From: Acidimicrobiaceae bacterium
GTDB lineage: Bacteria; Actinomycetota; Acidimicrobiia; Acidimicrobiales; RAAP-2
NCBI GenBank assembly: GCA_003138855.1
Contig: PLHF01000045.1
Location: forward strand, 17,054-81,053
Reading direction: 5' to 3'
Length of the DNA stretch: 64,000 nucleotides
Of the stretch, positions 1-14,060 are shown in pieces. Made by a program: the position numbers and the translations under genes. The notes under the pieces are model-generated. The model saw only the letters and a program-made list of their open reading frames with translations. It was not told where the DNA came from and made no database searches. The first letter of the stretch is position 1. Every line of letters begins with the position of its first letter.

Positions 1-44
1 GCCGGCCACTACCGGAGCGCCTCCTCAAGGGGGTCATACCCATC

Positions 45-1157
45 ATGTTCCGGCTACAGACGGCCCTTCCTGATCGCTACACGGCAGCCGATCCTGCGCA
101 GCTCGCTGCCTGGATCAGGCAGGCCAAGGACGCACTCGGTTCGCGACTGATCATCCTGGGGCACCACTACCAACGGGACGAGGTGATGGCCTGGGCCGAC
201 GCCCGGGGAGACTCCTTCGGGCTGTCCCGGATCGCCGCCGGCCAGTCCGAGGCGGAGTTCGTGGTGTTCTGTGGCGTCCACTTCATGGCCGAGTCGGCCG
301 ACATCCTGACCGGCCCGCACCAGCAGGTGATCCTGCCGGACCTCAACGCCGGGTGCTCGATGGCCGACATGGCCGACATCGAGTCGGTGGAGGAAGCCTG
401 GGAGACACTCGGAGCGGTGACCGACATCGATCGGGTCATTCCGGTGACCTACATGAACTCGTCGGCGTCGCTGAAGGCCTTCGTCGGACGGCACGGTGGC
501 ATGGTGTGCACGTCCTCGAATGCCCGGGCCGTGCTGACCTGGGCGCTCGGGGACGGCAGCGGCGCCGGTGCCGGCGACCAGGTGCTTTTCTTCCCCGATC
601 AGCACCTGGGCCGCAACACCGGGTTCGAACTCGGATACACAGGCGCCCACATGGCAGTGTGGAACCCGCGTCTGGAGGGCGGAGGCCTCGACGATGCCAC
701 CCTCAAATCGGCGGCCCTGCTCCTGTGGAAGGGTCACTGCTCGGTGCACCAGCGCTTCCGGCCCGAGCACATCGACGCGTTCCGGGCCGAGCATCCAGGC
801 GGCATCGTGGTCGTCCACCCGGAGTGCGCCCACGACGTGGTCGAAGCTGCGGATCAGGTCGGCTCGACCGACTACATCATCCAGGCGGTGGCCGAGGCCC
901 CCTCGGGATCTGTGATCGGAGTCGGCACAGAGATCCACCTCGTCAAGCGCCTCGATGACGAGACCCCCGACAAGACGGTGCTCTCCCTGGACCCATTGGT
1001 CTGTCCGTGTTCGACCATGTTCCGCATCGACGCCCCCCACCTGGCCTGGGTGCTGGAGGGCCTCGTGGACGGCGAGGTCCGCAACCGGATCACCGTCGAC
1101 GAGGAGACCGCCACATGGGCCCGGGTCGCCCTCGAGAGGATGCTGGCCACCGTCTGA
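45..1157 (+). CDS. nadA: Quinolinate synthase A
   Basis: Motifs ILGHHYQR, FCGVHFMAE, AGCSMADM, YMNSSA, WKGHCSVH, VHPEC and CPCSTM, including the three 4Fe-4S cysteines. Confidence 0.96.
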   Translation: MFRLQTALPDRYTAADPAQLAAWIRQAKDALGSRLIILGHHYQRDEVMAWADARGDSFGLSRIAAGQSEAEFVVFCGVHFMAESADILTGPHQQVILPDLNAGCSMADMADIESVEEAWETLGAVTDIDRVIPVTYMNSSASLKAFVGRHGGMVCTSSNARAVLTWALGDGSGAGAGDQVLFFPDQHLGRNTGFELGYTGAHMAVWNPRLEGGGLDDATLKSAALLLWKGHCSVHQRFRPEHIDAFRAEHPGGIVVVHPECAHDVVEAADQVGSTDYIIQAVAEAPSGSVIGVGTEIHLVKRLDDETPDKTVLSLDPLVCPCSTMFRIDAPHLAWVLEGLVDGEVRNRITVDEETATWARVALERMLATV

Positions 1158-1211
1158 AGCAGCCCGTGCGCTGTCGATGGGACGGCCGCAACGGAACGGC
1201 GGTGTGCGCGA

Positions 1212-4229
<3,018 letters not shown>

Positions 4230-4268
4230 GGCGGTGAGGTTACCGGTGCCCGGGACCCGGTCCGGCGG

Positions 4269-6398
4269 TCACAGGGGGACGGTGGCCACGACGTCGGCCG
4301 TGGATCCCGTGAGGACGGCGGAACCGTCCACCGGATCGCGGACCAGCAGGGACCGCAGCTCGGAGATCTCGTCCCGGATGAGGGCGGCTTCCTCGAAACG
4401 GAGCTCCTCGGCGGCCTTGGCCATCTCGGCGTCGAGCCGGTGGATGAGGCTCGACAGCTCGTCGGCATCGGGACCGAGGGCGTGGGCCATCTCGGCGGCC
4501 GCCGCCCGGGGGTCGACCCCCCCGCGCCGACCCTTCCGGCCCCGTGCCGATTCCGGCCTGGCTCTCGTGCCCGAGGCGGTCCCGGCCGAACCGAGGGAGT
4601 CGCCCCGGACCCGCTCGAGAATGTCGGTGACCGACTTCGTGATGGTCTGGGGGTCGATCCCGTGGGCCTCGTTGTAGGTGATCTGGCGGGCCCGCCGGCG
4701 TTGGGTCTCTCCGATGGCGTTGGTCATGGAGTCGGTGACGGTGTCGGCGTACATGACGACCCGGCCGCTGACGTTGCGGGCCGCCCTCCCCATGGTCTGG
4801 ATCAGCGACGAGGTCGACCGGAGGAACCCTTCCTTGTCGGCATCCAGGATGGCCACCAGGGCCACTTCGGGGAGGTCCAGCCCCTCCCGGAGGAGATTGA
4901 TCCCCACCAGGACGTCGAACACCCCCAGTCTGAGCTCGCGCAGCAGCTCGATGCGGGCCATGGTGTCCACGTCGGAGTGAAGGTACTGGACCCGCACGCC
5001 CTGCTCCGCGAGGTACTCGGTCAGGTCCTCGGCCATCTTCTTCGTCAGGGTGGTGACCAGCACCCGGTGGCCGGCGGCCACGGTGGCGTCGATCCGCTCC
5101 TGCAGGTCGTCGATCTGACCGGTGGTCGGGCGGATGTCCACCTCGGGATCGACCAGTCCGGTGGGCCGGATCACCTGCTCGACGATGTTGGCGCTGTGCT
5201 CCAGCTCCCAGGGGCCCGGGGTCGCCGAGAGCAGGATGACCTGGCCGGTCCGCTCGATGAACTCCTCGAACCGCAGCGGCCGGTTGTCCATGGCCGATGG
5301 CAACCGGAACCCGTGGTCGACCAGGGTCTCCTTGCGTGACCGGTCACCGGCGTACTGGCCCCGGAGCTGGGGCACGGCCACGTGGCTCTCGTCCAACACC
5401 ACCAGGAAGTCCTTGGGGAAGAAGTCGAGCAGGGTGAAGGGCGCCTCACCGGGAGCCCGCCCGTCGAGGTGCCGGCTGTAGTTCTCCACTCCCCCGCACA
5501 CGCCGGTCTCGGCCAGCATCTCGAGGTCGTACTCGGTGCGCATCCGGAGCCGCTGGGCCTCCAGGAGCTTGCCCGCCCCCTCCAGCTCGGCCAGACGGCT
5601 GCGGAGCTCGGCCTCGATGCCGATGACGGCCTTCCGCATCCGTTCGTCCCCGGTGCCGTAGTGGGTGTTGGCGAAGACCACCAGCTCCTCGAGATCGTCG
5701 CCGATCTCCCCGGTCATCACGTCGAAGGGCCGGATCCGCTCCACGGTGTCCCCGAAGAACTCGATACGGACCGCCCGGCTTTCGTAGGCCGGGTGTATCT
5801 CGACGGTGTCGCCCCGCACCCGGAACTGCCCCCGCAGCAGGGTGGTGTCGTTGCGGGAGTACTGGAGATCGACCAGGCGTCGGAGGAGGTAGCGCTGGTC
5901 GTGGACGTCACCCGGGCGGAGGGCCACGATCCGATCGCGGTACTCGTCCGGTGAGCCCAGCCCGTAGATGCACGACACCGACGCCACCACGATGGTGTCG
6001 GGCCGAAGCAGCAGGGAGGAGGTCGATGCATGGCGCAACCGGTCGATCTCGTCGTTGATCGACGAGTCCTTCTCGATGTAGGTGTCCGAGGACGGCACGT
6101 ACGCCTCGGGCTGGTAGTAGTCGTAGTAGGACACGAAGTACTCGACCCGGTTGCGGGGGAAGAGCTCCTTCAACTCGGCGGCCAGCTGGGCGGCCAACGA
6201 CTTGTTGGGCTCGATGATCAGGGTCGGACGCTGCACCGCCTCGATGGTCCAGGCGATGGTGGCCGTCTTGCCCGAGCCGGTGATGCCCAGCAGGGTCTGG
6301 TAGCGGTCGCCACGCCCGAGTCCCTCGACCAGGCCGGCGATGGCCTGGGGCTGATCCCCCGCCGGGCGGAAGGGCGAGACGACCTCGAATCTGGGCAC
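4269..6398 (-). CDS. uvrB: Excinuclease ABC subunit B
   Basis: [34 protein letters not shown] and C-terminal UVR domain; start placed at GTG 6398, 7 nt after TACCAT. Confidence 0.98.
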   Translation of the reverse strand: MPRFEVVSPFRPAGDQPQAIAGLVEGLGRGDRYQTLLGITGSGKTATIAWTIEAVQRPTLIIEPNKSLAAQLAAELKELFPRNRVEYFVSYYDYYQPEAYVPSSDTYIEKDSSINDEIDRLRHASTSSLLLRPDTIVVASVSCIYGLGSPDEYRDRIVALRPGDVHDQRYLLRRLVDLQYSRNDTTLLRGQFRVRGDTVEIHPAYESRAVRIEFFGDTVERIRPFDVMTGEIGDDLEELVVFANTHYGTGDERMRKAVIGIEAELRSRLAELEGAGKLLEAQRLRMRTEYDLEMLAETGVCGGVENYSRHLDGRAPGEAPFTLLDFFPKDFLVVLDESHVAVPQLRGQYAGDRSRKETLVDHGFRLPSAMDNRPLRFEEFIERTGQVILLSATPGPWELEHSANIVEQVIRPTGLVDPEVDIRPTTGQIDDLQERIDATVAAGHRVLVTTLTKKMAEDLTEYLAEQGVRVQYLHSDVDTMARIELLRELRLGVFDVLVGINLLREGLDLPEVALVAILDADKEGFLRSTSSLIQTMGRAARNVSGRVVMYADTVTDSMTNAIGETQRRRARQITYNEAHGIDPQTITKSVTDILERVRGDSLGSAGTASGTRARPESARGRKGRRGGVDPRAAAAEMAHALGPDADELSSLIHRLDAEMAKAAEELRFEEAALIRDEISELRSLLVRDPVDGSAVLTGSTADVVATVPL

Positions 6399-6405
6399 GC
6401 CTGCG

Positions 6406-6427
6406 ATGGTACCGGTCGGGTGTGACA
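6406..6427 (-). promoter_or_regulatory. RecA-NDp/PafBC-like promoter TGTCAC-N10-TACCAT of leaderless uvrB
   Basis: Minus strand reads TGTCACacccgaccggTACCATcgcaggcGTG; matches the TGTC..-N10-TAnnnT architecture. Confidence 0.65.
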
Positions 6428-6456
6428 CCGCAGCCGAGGGGGGGACAGGGGAAGGC

Positions 6457-7098
6457 TCAGTCCGCCGGCTGTGCGTCTCCAACCGGGGGGTCAGCGCGTC
6501 GACGCAGTTCGACCAGAAGCGCCCAGACCCGGTCCACTTCGCCCTTCAGATGCTGCTCGTCACCCGAGTTGTCGACCACCAGATCGGCGCCGGCCAGGCG
6601 GGCCTCCCGATCGGGCTGCGACCCGATGCGGGCACGGGCGTCCGCCTCGGCCATGCCCCGGAGCTCGACGAGGCGGTGCAGGGCCAGGTCGGTCGGGGTG
6701 TCGACCACCACCACGGCGGCCAGTCCGAGCAACTCGCGGTGGATGTCCCTCAGGAGGGGGATGTCCATGACCACGATGTCGTCGGTCCCGGCGTATCGAT
6801 CCTTGCGGTCGATCATCTCCACGCCGATGGCCGGGTGGGTGATGGCGTTGAGGTCGGCCAGTGCGTCGGGGTGGCCGAAGACGAGCGCGGCCAGGCGCGG
6901 CCGGTCGATGCACCCGTCCTCGTCGACGATGCCGGGGCCGAACCGGTCGATCAGGGGTCGGTAGGCGGGGCCGCCCGGGGCGACCACCTCGCGGGCGACC
7001 TCATCGGCGTCCACCAGCACCGCGCCGTGGCCGACCAGGAGCCCGGCGACTGTGGACTTGCCTGCGCCGATCCCCCCGGTGAGCCCGATGGCGAGCAA
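6457..7098 (-). CDS. coaE: Dephospho-CoA kinase
   Basis: [31 protein letters not shown]; probable TTG start at 7098. Confidence 0.95.
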   Translation of the reverse strand: MLAIGLTGGIGAGKSTVAGLLVGHGAVLVDADEVAREVVAPGGPAYRPLIDRFGPGIVDEDGCIDRPRLAALVFGHPDALADLNAITHPAIGVEMIDRKDRYAGTDDIVVMDIPLLRDIHRELLGLAAVVVVDTPTDLALHRLVELRGMAEADARARIGSQPDREARLAGADLVVDNSGDEQHLKGEVDRVWALLVELRRRADPPVGDAQPAD

Positions 7099-7111
7099 GG
7101 CGGCCGGCCGG

Positions 7112-7969
7112 TCAGACGGGCCGACGCGGCCGGGACGCAGTGGCGAAGAGGACCATCGTGGTGGGGTCGAGGTCATCGGTGACGAAGAAGTCATCCGCGG
7201 TGATGCCGGTGAGGCCACCCGAGTCGCCTCGGGCGATGACCTTGTAGGCGAGCGGGAGGATGCGGGTGTAGATCCCGATGTACCACGACAGCGGAATCCG
7301 GTGGCGGATGTCGAGGACGTCCAGCTTGAGCACCTTGTTCGCCTTCACCCGACGGGCGGTGAAATCGGCCTTCACGTGCGGCACCGCGTCGAGTCCCTGG
7401 ACGGTGACGTCGTGGAAGGAGCGCTCGAGCAACCGCTGCAGCTCGGCGGGCTCGAAGAGGTGGATGTGGAACGGGTTCTCGAAGTCGGCGGGCGCATTGG
7501 GGGTGAGGAAGAAGGCGGTGCCCTCGTCCGACAGCACCCGGGCCAGCTCGCGCACGTGCCCCTCGGGCTCTTCGAAGTGCTCGATCAGGTGCGACGAGCA
7601 CGCCCAGTCGAAGCTGGCCTCGGCGAACCCCAGCGCCAGCGCGTTCATCCGGGCCACCTGGAGGCCGGACCGTCCCCACCGCTGGCGGGCCGCCCCGACG
7701 GCGTCGGCGCTGTAGTCGGCCCCGACGACCACACGGTCATCGGCCAGGAACCGGGCCGACTCGAACCCCTGGCCACAGCCGACATCGAGCATCGTCCCCT
7801 TGCCCAGTCGCTCGATGACCGTCCGGTAGCCGGCGGCGTGGAGCGCCAGCAGTGAGTCGGGGGTGACCCCCTCCAGGGGGCGCTCCCCGGTGAGGCGCTT
7901 GCCGGGCGCCTGGTGCCCACCGACGATCGCTGCCACCGTGGAACCCGGCCCGGACCTGTTCTCGCTCAT
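7112..7969 (-). CDS. Class I SAM-dependent methyltransferase, similar to the Rv3030 sugar O-methyltransferase type
   Basis: LDVGCGQG motif I, HLIEH, TPN, NPFH; N-terminal LTGER signature. Confidence 0.85.
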   Translation of the reverse strand: MSENRSGPGSTVAAIVGGHQAPGKRLTGERPLEGVTPDSLLALHAAGYRTVIERLGKGTMLDVGCGQGFESARFLADDRVVVGADYSADAVGAARQRWGRSGLQVARMNALALGFAEASFDWACSSHLIEHFEEPEGHVRELARVLSDEGTAFFLTPNAPADFENPFHIHLFEPAELQRLLERSFHDVTVQGLDAVPHVKADFTARRVKANKVLKLDVLDIRHRIPLSWYIGIYTRILPLAYKVIARGDSGGLTGITADDFFVTDDLDPTTMVLFATASRPRRPV

Positions 7970-8059
7970 CTGGCTCCCTGTGTCTGGCGTCGTGCCGTTG
8001 CCTGCCCGGTCGAAGTGCTGACACCCCGACTCGTCGGTTGTTTACACTACCGATCACTC

Positions 8060-11000
8060 GTGTCGGATCCCCAACCTTCCGCTGTCGCGCCCTCGGGCCG
8101 GGCCCAGGGCCCGGTCCGGACGGCCTATGCCCGGCTGCGGTCACCCAGCCGGCTGCGGGCCACGGTCGACTACCTGGCCATCGCCGTGTTGGCCTTCGTC
8201 CCGATGTTGGCCTCCCGCCCGGGGACCGTGACTGACGACACCAAGACCTACCTCTACCTCGATCCGGGTCGCTACGTGCGCCAGGCAGCGTCACTGTGGG
8301 ACCCCGACGTGGGATTGGGCACGGTCACCCACCAGAACATCGGGTATCTGCTGCCGATGGGGCCCTTCTACTGGGTGATGGCCGAGCTGCACGTGCCCCT
8401 GTGGGTCGCCCAGCGCCTGTGGATGGGGACCCTCCTGTTCGCCGCCGGTGCCGGTGCCCTCTACCTGTGCCGCGTCATCGGGCTCTCGGGTCCCGGCCGC
8501 TACGTCACCGCCTTCGGGTTCATGTTCACGCCCTATGTACTGCAGTACACCGGGCGGATCTCGGTCATCCTGTTGCCGTGGGCCGGACTTCCCTGGATGA
8601 TCGCCTTCGTCATCCTGGCCCTGCGGCGAGGGGGCTGGAGGTACCCGGCCCTCTTCGCCCTGGTGGTCGCCCTAGTCAGCGGCATCAATGCCAGCTCGAT
8701 CCTCTACGTGGGCATCGCCCCTGCCCTGTGGCTCCCCTACGCCGTGCTGGTGGCCAAGGAGTCGACCTGGCGCCAGGCGTGGGGCGTGGCGTGGAAGGTG
8801 GCCGGACTCACGGTCCTGGCGTCCCTGTGGTGGGCTGTCGGGCTGCAGGTGGAGGCTGCCTACGGGGTAAACGTCCTCAAGTACACCGAGACGGTGCCGG
8901 CTACCAGCGGGGCCTCCCTGGCCTCGGAGATCATCCGGGGGCTCGGCTACTGGTACTTCTACGGGTCCGACCGGGTGGGGGCCTGGACCCAGGCGTCGGT
9001 CGCCTACACCCAGGATCTCTGGCTCATGGGCCTGAGCTTCCTCGTCCCCGCACTCGCCTTCGCCGCCGCCTTCTTCTCCCGCTGGCGATACCGCTCCTAC
9101 TTCGTGCTCATCACCGTGGTGGGCATGGTGCTGGCCGTGGGCCCGAACCCCTACAGCGACCCCTCGACCGTCGGATCGGTGCTGAAGGCGATCATGGTGG
9201 ACACCACGGCCGGCCTGGCCATGCGGTCGACCGACCGGGCCTCGCCGGTCATCATCCTCAGCCTGGCCATGTTCCTCGGCGCCGGGGTCAGCGCCCTCAC
9301 GTTCCGGGTCCGCCGGACGGGCCTGGTCATCGGTGCCTTCGCCGTGGCTGCCATCGCGGCGGCCTCCGCCCCGCTGTGGACAGGGGCGGTCATTGCCAAC
9401 GGATTCACCCAGCCGGCCGTGCCGCCGACCTACGTGCGCCAGGCGGCTGCGGCGCTGAACGGCACCCATCCGGGGACGCGGGTCTATGCGCTCCCCGGCA
9501 ACGACTTCGCCGCCTACCGGTGGGGGGACACCATCGACACGGTCTATCCCGGCCTGATGACCAGGCCCTTCGTGACCCACGAGCAGCAGATCATGGGCTC
9601 GCTGGCGACTGCCGACATCCTGCAGGCGGTCGACACCCCGCTCCAGGACGGCACCATGAACTGGAATGCGCTCGGGCCGATGTCCTCCCTCCTGGACGCG
9701 GGCGATGTGCTGGCCCAGTACGACCAGGCCTACGAGCGTTACGACACGCCGCTCCCCCAGCTGCTGGCGGCCGACCTCGCCGTCACGCCGCCCGGTCTGT
9801 CCGACCCGGTCTCCTACGGCACCCCCCGACCCAACGTCTCCCTCATCCCCCACTTCGACGAGGCCACCCTGGCCCTGCCGCCCAACTCCGGTTGGACCGC
9901 CCCCCTGGTCTCCTACACGGTCAGCAACCCGCGACCGATCGTCCGGGCGGAGACGACCAAGGTGCCGCTCGTCGTGGACGGGGACGCTTCGGGCATCGTG
10001 AACGCCTCCTCGGTGGGGCTCCTGGCGAACAACCCCACCATCCTCTACGCCGGCACCCTCGACACCGACCCGGTCCTGCGGAAGCAGACACTGGCAACCC
10101 CGGCGGACCTGGTGGTGACCGACACCAACCGCAAGCAGGGCTTCCGCTGGAACTCGCTGAACGAGAACACTGGCTACACCGAGACCGCCACCCAGTCGCC
10201 GGACACCTCGGACCCGAGCGACGCTCCCCTCAACCTGTTCCCCAAGGCGCCGGCCGATGCGCAGACCACCTCGGTGCTGGCCGGGGTTTCGTCGGTGACC
10301 GCCTCCTCCTACGGGTCCTCGATCACCTACCTGCCCGAGGACCGCCCCTCGGCCGCCCTCGACGCCAACATACAGACCGCCTGGCTGACCGATTCCTTCA
10401 CGCAGCAGCTCGGGCAGTGGTGGCAGGTGGTGCTACTCGAGCCCCGCACCGAGAGCTCCGTGACCCTGGTCCAACCGCAGACCGGGGATCCCGACCGCTC
10501 GATCACCTCGGTGACCCTGACTTTCGACGGGAAGCATCCCGTGACCGTTCCGCTGGGACCCGCCTCGCGCACGCCGACCGGACAGGTGGTGAACTTCCCG
10601 ACCCGCACCTTCACCACGATGCGCATCACGGTGAGCGGGGTGGCCGTCGCCGATCCGAGCGTCCCGGTGGGCTCGCGCAGCTCGGTGGGCTTAGCCGAGG
10701 TGGAGATCCCGGGCATCTCGGTCGACGAGACCATCGCCATGCCCGAGGATCTGCTCCGGGCGGCGGGGCCGTCGTCCCTGTTCGACCGGCTCAGCCTGGT
10801 CATGACCCGACTGCGGAGCTCGGGGACCCCACCGCGCTCCGATGTGGAGACGTCGCTGGCCCGGACCTTCTGGCTCCCCACCCAGCGGACCTTCTCCTTG
10901 ACCGGATCCGCCCGCATCTCGTCGCTCATCCCCGACGACGAGATCGACCGACTGGTAGGGCGGCCCGGGTCCAACCACACGGGCATCGTGGCCTATTCCG

Positions 11001-12646
11001 AGGGCCGGCTGCCCGGGGACCTCCGGGCCGGGGCGATCGCCACCCTCGACAACGATCCCACCACCGTGTGGGAGCCGGGGTTCGGGGTGGGCCACCAGGC
11101 CGGGGAGTGGCTGCACTACAACCTGCCCCGGCCCGTCACCTTCGACCGCCTGGACCTCAAGGTGGTCGCCGACGGTCAGCACTCCGTGCCCACAGAACTG
11201 ACCGTCTCGGCCGACAGCGGCAGTGCCACCGTCCCCCTTCCTCCCCTCGCCGACAGCCGCACGCCGGGCTCGGTGGTCGACGTGCCGGTCACGTTCGCCC
11301 CACTCCACGGCCAGAGCATCCAGATCACCTTCGACACGGTGCGGATCGAGAACTCGCCCAACTACTACTCGAAGACGCCGATCGCCATGCCCATCGGCAT
11401 CGCCGAGGTCGGGATCGCCGGGTTGCAGGCCGCCCCGCTGCCGGCCGACATCCCGAGCTCGTGCCGTGGTGACCTGGTGACGATGGACGGCGCACCGCTC
11501 TGGATCTCCATCTCCGGATCCACCGCCGCGGCCCTCGACCGCCAGGCACTGACCGTCTCGCCATGCGGCCCGGATGCCAACGGGGTGACCCTCGGGCCCG
11601 GCCTGCACACGTTGCGGTCGACCATGGGCCAGACCGCCGGATTCGACCTCGACCAGTTGGCCTTCGACTCGGCGCCAGCGGGCGGCCCGATGCCCTTGGC
11701 ATCCCCCACCCAACTAGCGGCGCCCGTGGTGGCCCCGGCGCCCTCCGTCCGCGTGGTCGCGGCGACGGCCACCACCGTCCACCTCACGGTCACCGGGCTC
11801 GGCTCGGGTGCCGGGTCAGGCCCGGCCGATCTGATCCTCGGCGAGAGCATCAATGCCGGGTGGACAGCCACGGTGGTCGGTGGCGGAAGGCTGGGCCCTC
11901 CGGTACTGATCGACGGGTTCGCCAACGGCTGGCGGATGGATCCGTCTGACCTGGGTAGCGCCGTCCATGGCGGCACTGTCTCGGTGGTCCTGCAGTGGCA
12001 GCCGCAGAAGCAGGTCAACATCGCCCTGATCATCTCCGCCGTGGCCATCATCGGCTGCCTGGTCCTCGCCATCCTCCCGGTCCGCAGGCGCTCGAGGCGG
12101 AGGAAGAGGCAGCACAGCCGGACCACAGAGCCACTCGACGGCGAGGTCGGGGGGACAGCGCTCGGTGGGGCCGGGCTGGCGTCCAGAGGTGCGGCGTCCG
12201 ACGAGCCCGCTTCCCCGTCCTACCCGGTGGTAACCGACGCCCCGTCCCTTGCCCCGCCCTTCCGCCCTGAGGGGCCCCGGGCACCGGTGTGGGTGGCCCT
12301 GCTCGCCGGCGTGCTCACCGGCGCCGTCGCCGGAGCCATCGCCGCCCCCATGGCCGGTGCCGCGGTGGGGTTGGCCACGGGGGTGGTTCTCCTCGTGCCG
12401 CGACTCCGGGTCGTACTGGGCCTCGTCGCCGTGGCCTGCGTCGTGGCCGCGGGCGGGTACACCGTGCTGCACCAGAGCTACCACCACATCCCCCCCGACG
12501 GTGCGTGGCCGCTCTCGTTCGGCAAGGCCAGCGAGTGGGCATGGGGCGCAGTGGTGTTCCTCGGAGCCGACGGCGTCGTCGACGTGATCCTGCGGCGTCG
12601 CCCGCGGCGAGGACGAACCGGGCGGGTGACGACCGAGGCCGGTTGA
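8060..12646 (+). CDS. AftD-like alpha-(1->3)-arabinofuranosyltransferase (DUF3367 GT-C plus carbohydrate-binding discoidin-like domains)
   Basis: DTKTYLYLDP, W-D...G.V.HQN.GYL.PMGPF, W..QRLW, GLGYW; multi-TM N-terminus, large extracellular beta-rich region, C-terminal TMs; start estimated at GTG 8060. Confidence 0.85.
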   Translation: MSDPQPSAVAPSGRAQGPVRTAYARLRSPSRLRATVDYLAIAVLAFVPMLASRPGTVTDDTKTYLYLDPGRYVRQAASLWDPDVGLGTVTHQNIGYLLPMGPFYWVMAELHVPLWVAQRLWMGTLLFAAGAGALYLCRVIGLSGPGRYVTAFGFMFTPYVLQYTGRISVILLPWAGLPWMIAFVILALRRGGWRYPALFALVVALVSGINASSILYVGIAPALWLPYAVLVAKESTWRQAWGVAWKVAGLTVLASLWWAVGLQVEAAYGVNVLKYTETVPATSGASLASEIIRGLGYWYFYGSDRVGAWTQASVAYTQDLWLMGLSFLVPALAFAAAFFSRWRYRSYFVLITVVGMVLAVGPNPYSDPSTVGSVLKAIMVDTTAGLAMRSTDRASPVIILSLAMFLGAGVSALTFRVRRTGLVIGAFAVAAIAAASAPLWTGAVIANGFTQPAVPPTYVRQAAAALNGTHPGTRVYALPGNDFAAYRWGDTIDTVYPGLMTRPFVTHEQQIMGSLATADILQAVDTPLQDGTMNWNALGPMSSLLDAGDVLAQYDQAYERYDTPLPQLLAADLAVTPPGLSDPVSYGTPRPNVSLIPHFDEATLALPPNSGWTAPLVSYTVSNPRPIVRAETTKVPLVVDGDASGIVNASSVGLLANNPTILYAGTLDTDPVLRKQTLATPADLVVTDTNRKQGFRWNSLNENTGYTETATQSPDTSDPSDAPLNLFPKAPADAQTTSVLAGVSSVTASSYGSSITYLPEDRPSAALDANIQTAWLTDSFTQQLGQWWQVVLLEPRTESSVTLVQPQTGDPDRSITSVTLTFDGKHPVTVPLGPASRTPTGQVVNFPTRTFTTMRITVSGVAVADPSVPVGSRSSVGLAEVEIPGISVDETIAMPEDLLRAAGPSSLFDRLSLVMTRLRSSGTPPRSDVETSLARTFWLPTQRTFSLTGSARISSLIPDDEIDRLVGRPGSNHTGIVAYSEGRLPGDLRAGAIATLDNDPTTVWEPGFGVGHQAGEWLHYNLPRPVTFDRLDLKVVADGQHSVPTELTVSADSGSATVPLPPLADSRTPGSVVDVPVTFAPLHGQSIQITFDTVRIENSPNYYSKTPIAMPIGIAEVGIAGLQAAPLPADIPSSCRGDLVTMDGAPLWISISGSTAAALDRQALTVSPCGPDANGVTLGPGLHTLRSTMGQTAGFDLDQLAFDSAPAGGPMPLASPTQLAAPVVAPAPSVRVVAATATTVHLTVTGLGSGAGSGPADLILGESINAGWTATVVGGGRLGPPVLIDGFANGWRMDPSDLGSAVHGGTVSVVLQWQPQKQVNIALIISAVAIIGCLVLAILPVRRRSRRRKRQHSRTTEPLDGEVGGTALGGAGLASRGAASDEPASPSYPVVTDAPSLAPPFRPEGPRAPVWVALLAGVLTGAVAGAIAAPMAGAAVGLATGVVLLVPRLRVVLGLVAVACVVAAGGYTVLHQSYHHIPPDGAWPLSFGKASEWAWGAVVFLGADGVVDVILRRRPRRGRTGRVTTEAG

Positions 12647-12655
12647 CGGCCCGCC

Positions 12656-14011
12656 CTAGGCGCGAGCCAGTGCCTCGGCCCCGAGTGCGGCGAGCGCTCC
12701 CCGCGCAGTGGCATCCCAGCTGAGCTGTGACGCGTGCTCGAGAGCGGCCACGCCGAGCCGTTTGCGGAGCACCTGGTCGCGCAGGACCGTGTCCAAGGCG
12801 CCGACCAACTCTTCGGATCCGTCGACCAGGAGTCCCGACCGGCCGTCATCCACCGCGTCGACGTGCCCACCGATCCTCGTGACGACGGCCGGCGTTCCGC
12901 ACGCACCGGCCTCGGTGATCGTCATACCCCAGCCCTCCCGCAGCGAGGTCGAGGCCACCACCCAGGCACGCCGGTAGAGGTCGATCAGTCCCTCTTCCGA
13001 CACGTAGCCCGGCAGCGACAGCCACGATTGGGCGTCGTGGCGCCGGATGAGGGCCTCGAGCGCAGGGCGCTCGTACCCTTCGCCGGCGATCACGGCGCGG
13101 AGTTCGGGGTGCGCCGGCTTGAGCCGGACCAGCGCCTCGATCAACAAGTGGAATCTCTTTACGGGGACCAGACGTCCAACTGCGACCACCAGCGGGAGGT
13201 TCGATCGCTCGCCGAGCGGTGAGAAGGACGGTTCCACACCCGGCGGGACGACGGCGATGCGCTCCGGCGGAATTCGCAGGCGCTCGACGATCTCCGCCTT
13301 GGAGGAGCTCGACAGTGTCACGATCCGGCTGCGCCGATAGGCCGGCGGCGCCAGTCGGTGCTCCACCCCGTGCCCGAACTCGGCCATTCCAGTGGGCAGC
13401 ACCATCTTCCACATCTCCGCGTGCACGTGGTGAAGGAAGACGATCTGCGGAGCGCGGGACCACAGCGGCGAGAAGAAGGGCATCCCGTTCCAGATCTCCA
13501 CCAGGCCATCGCCCCCGCCGATCCTGCCGAGCGCACCGGACAGGATCGTCCGCGGAAACACCGAGTAGCGCCCGGCCCGCCGGATGACCCGATAGCCGTC
13601 ACGTCGGACGACGGTTCGCATGTCGGGCACCGAAGACGTGGTCAACGACACATCCAGACCCGCCTGCGACCAGGCAGTCATCACCCGGTGGGCGTGGAGC
13701 TCGGAACCCCCGGCCTCGGGGTCGTCGAAGTCGCGCCAGGCGATGACGTCGATCCGTTTCAGGCCGGCATATTCGGCGATCCCTCGGACGGACATCCCAC
13801 GGAATCGCCGAAGACCGGGCTGCTCGAACTGTGGCGTCGGGTCGACTCCGACCGGGGCGCCCGCCCCGACGGGTGTCCCCGGGCCGTCGCCTTCACCGAC
13901 CGGGGCGCCGTCCGGATCGGGCACGGGCACCAGATAGGGGAACACGGGCCCTTGACCGGCGTCCGTGCCGTATTTGCTGGCAGCGCCCGACTGCTCGATT
14001 CGTTGCCTCAA
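12656..14011 (-). CDS. GT4 glycosyltransferase (Rv0225-like)
   Basis: WRDFDDPEAGGSE, NGMPFFSP, HHVH, GRLVPVK, EGWGMTITEAGACGTP; true start probably downstream of 14011. Confidence 0.9.
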   Translation of the reverse strand: MRQRIEQSGAASKYGTDAGQGPVFPYLVPVPDPDGAPVGEGDGPGTPVGAGAPVGVDPTPQFEQPGLRRFRGMSVRGIAEYAGLKRIDVIAWRDFDDPEAGGSELHAHRVMTAWSQAGLDVSLTTSSVPDMRTVVRRDGYRVIRRAGRYSVFPRTILSGALGRIGGGDGLVEIWNGMPFFSPLWSRAPQIVFLHHVHAEMWKMVLPTGMAEFGHGVEHRLAPPAYRRSRIVTLSSSSKAEIVERLRIPPERIAVVPPGVEPSFSPLGERSNLPLVVAVGRLVPVKRFHLLIEALVRLKPAHPELRAVIAGEGYERPALEALIRRHDAQSWLSLPGYVSEEGLIDLYRRAWVVASTSLREGWGMTITEAGACGTPAVVTRIGGHVDAVDDGRSGLLVDGSEELVGALDTVLRDQVLRKRLGVAALEHASQLSWDATARGALAALGAEALARA

Positions 14012-14060
14012 CCTTGGGATCCCCCTGACTCCGGCCTGTCGCCGATGGCTGGGCAGTGTA

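Noticed and set aside
1..44. Possible riboswitch upstream of nadA
   Set aside because: Only 44 nt are visible and no recognisable aptamer core is present.
4230..4268. LexA SOS box or in-register PafBC motif before uvrA
   Set aside because: No CGAAC-N4-GTTCG seen; the GGTC is off-register and mismatched.
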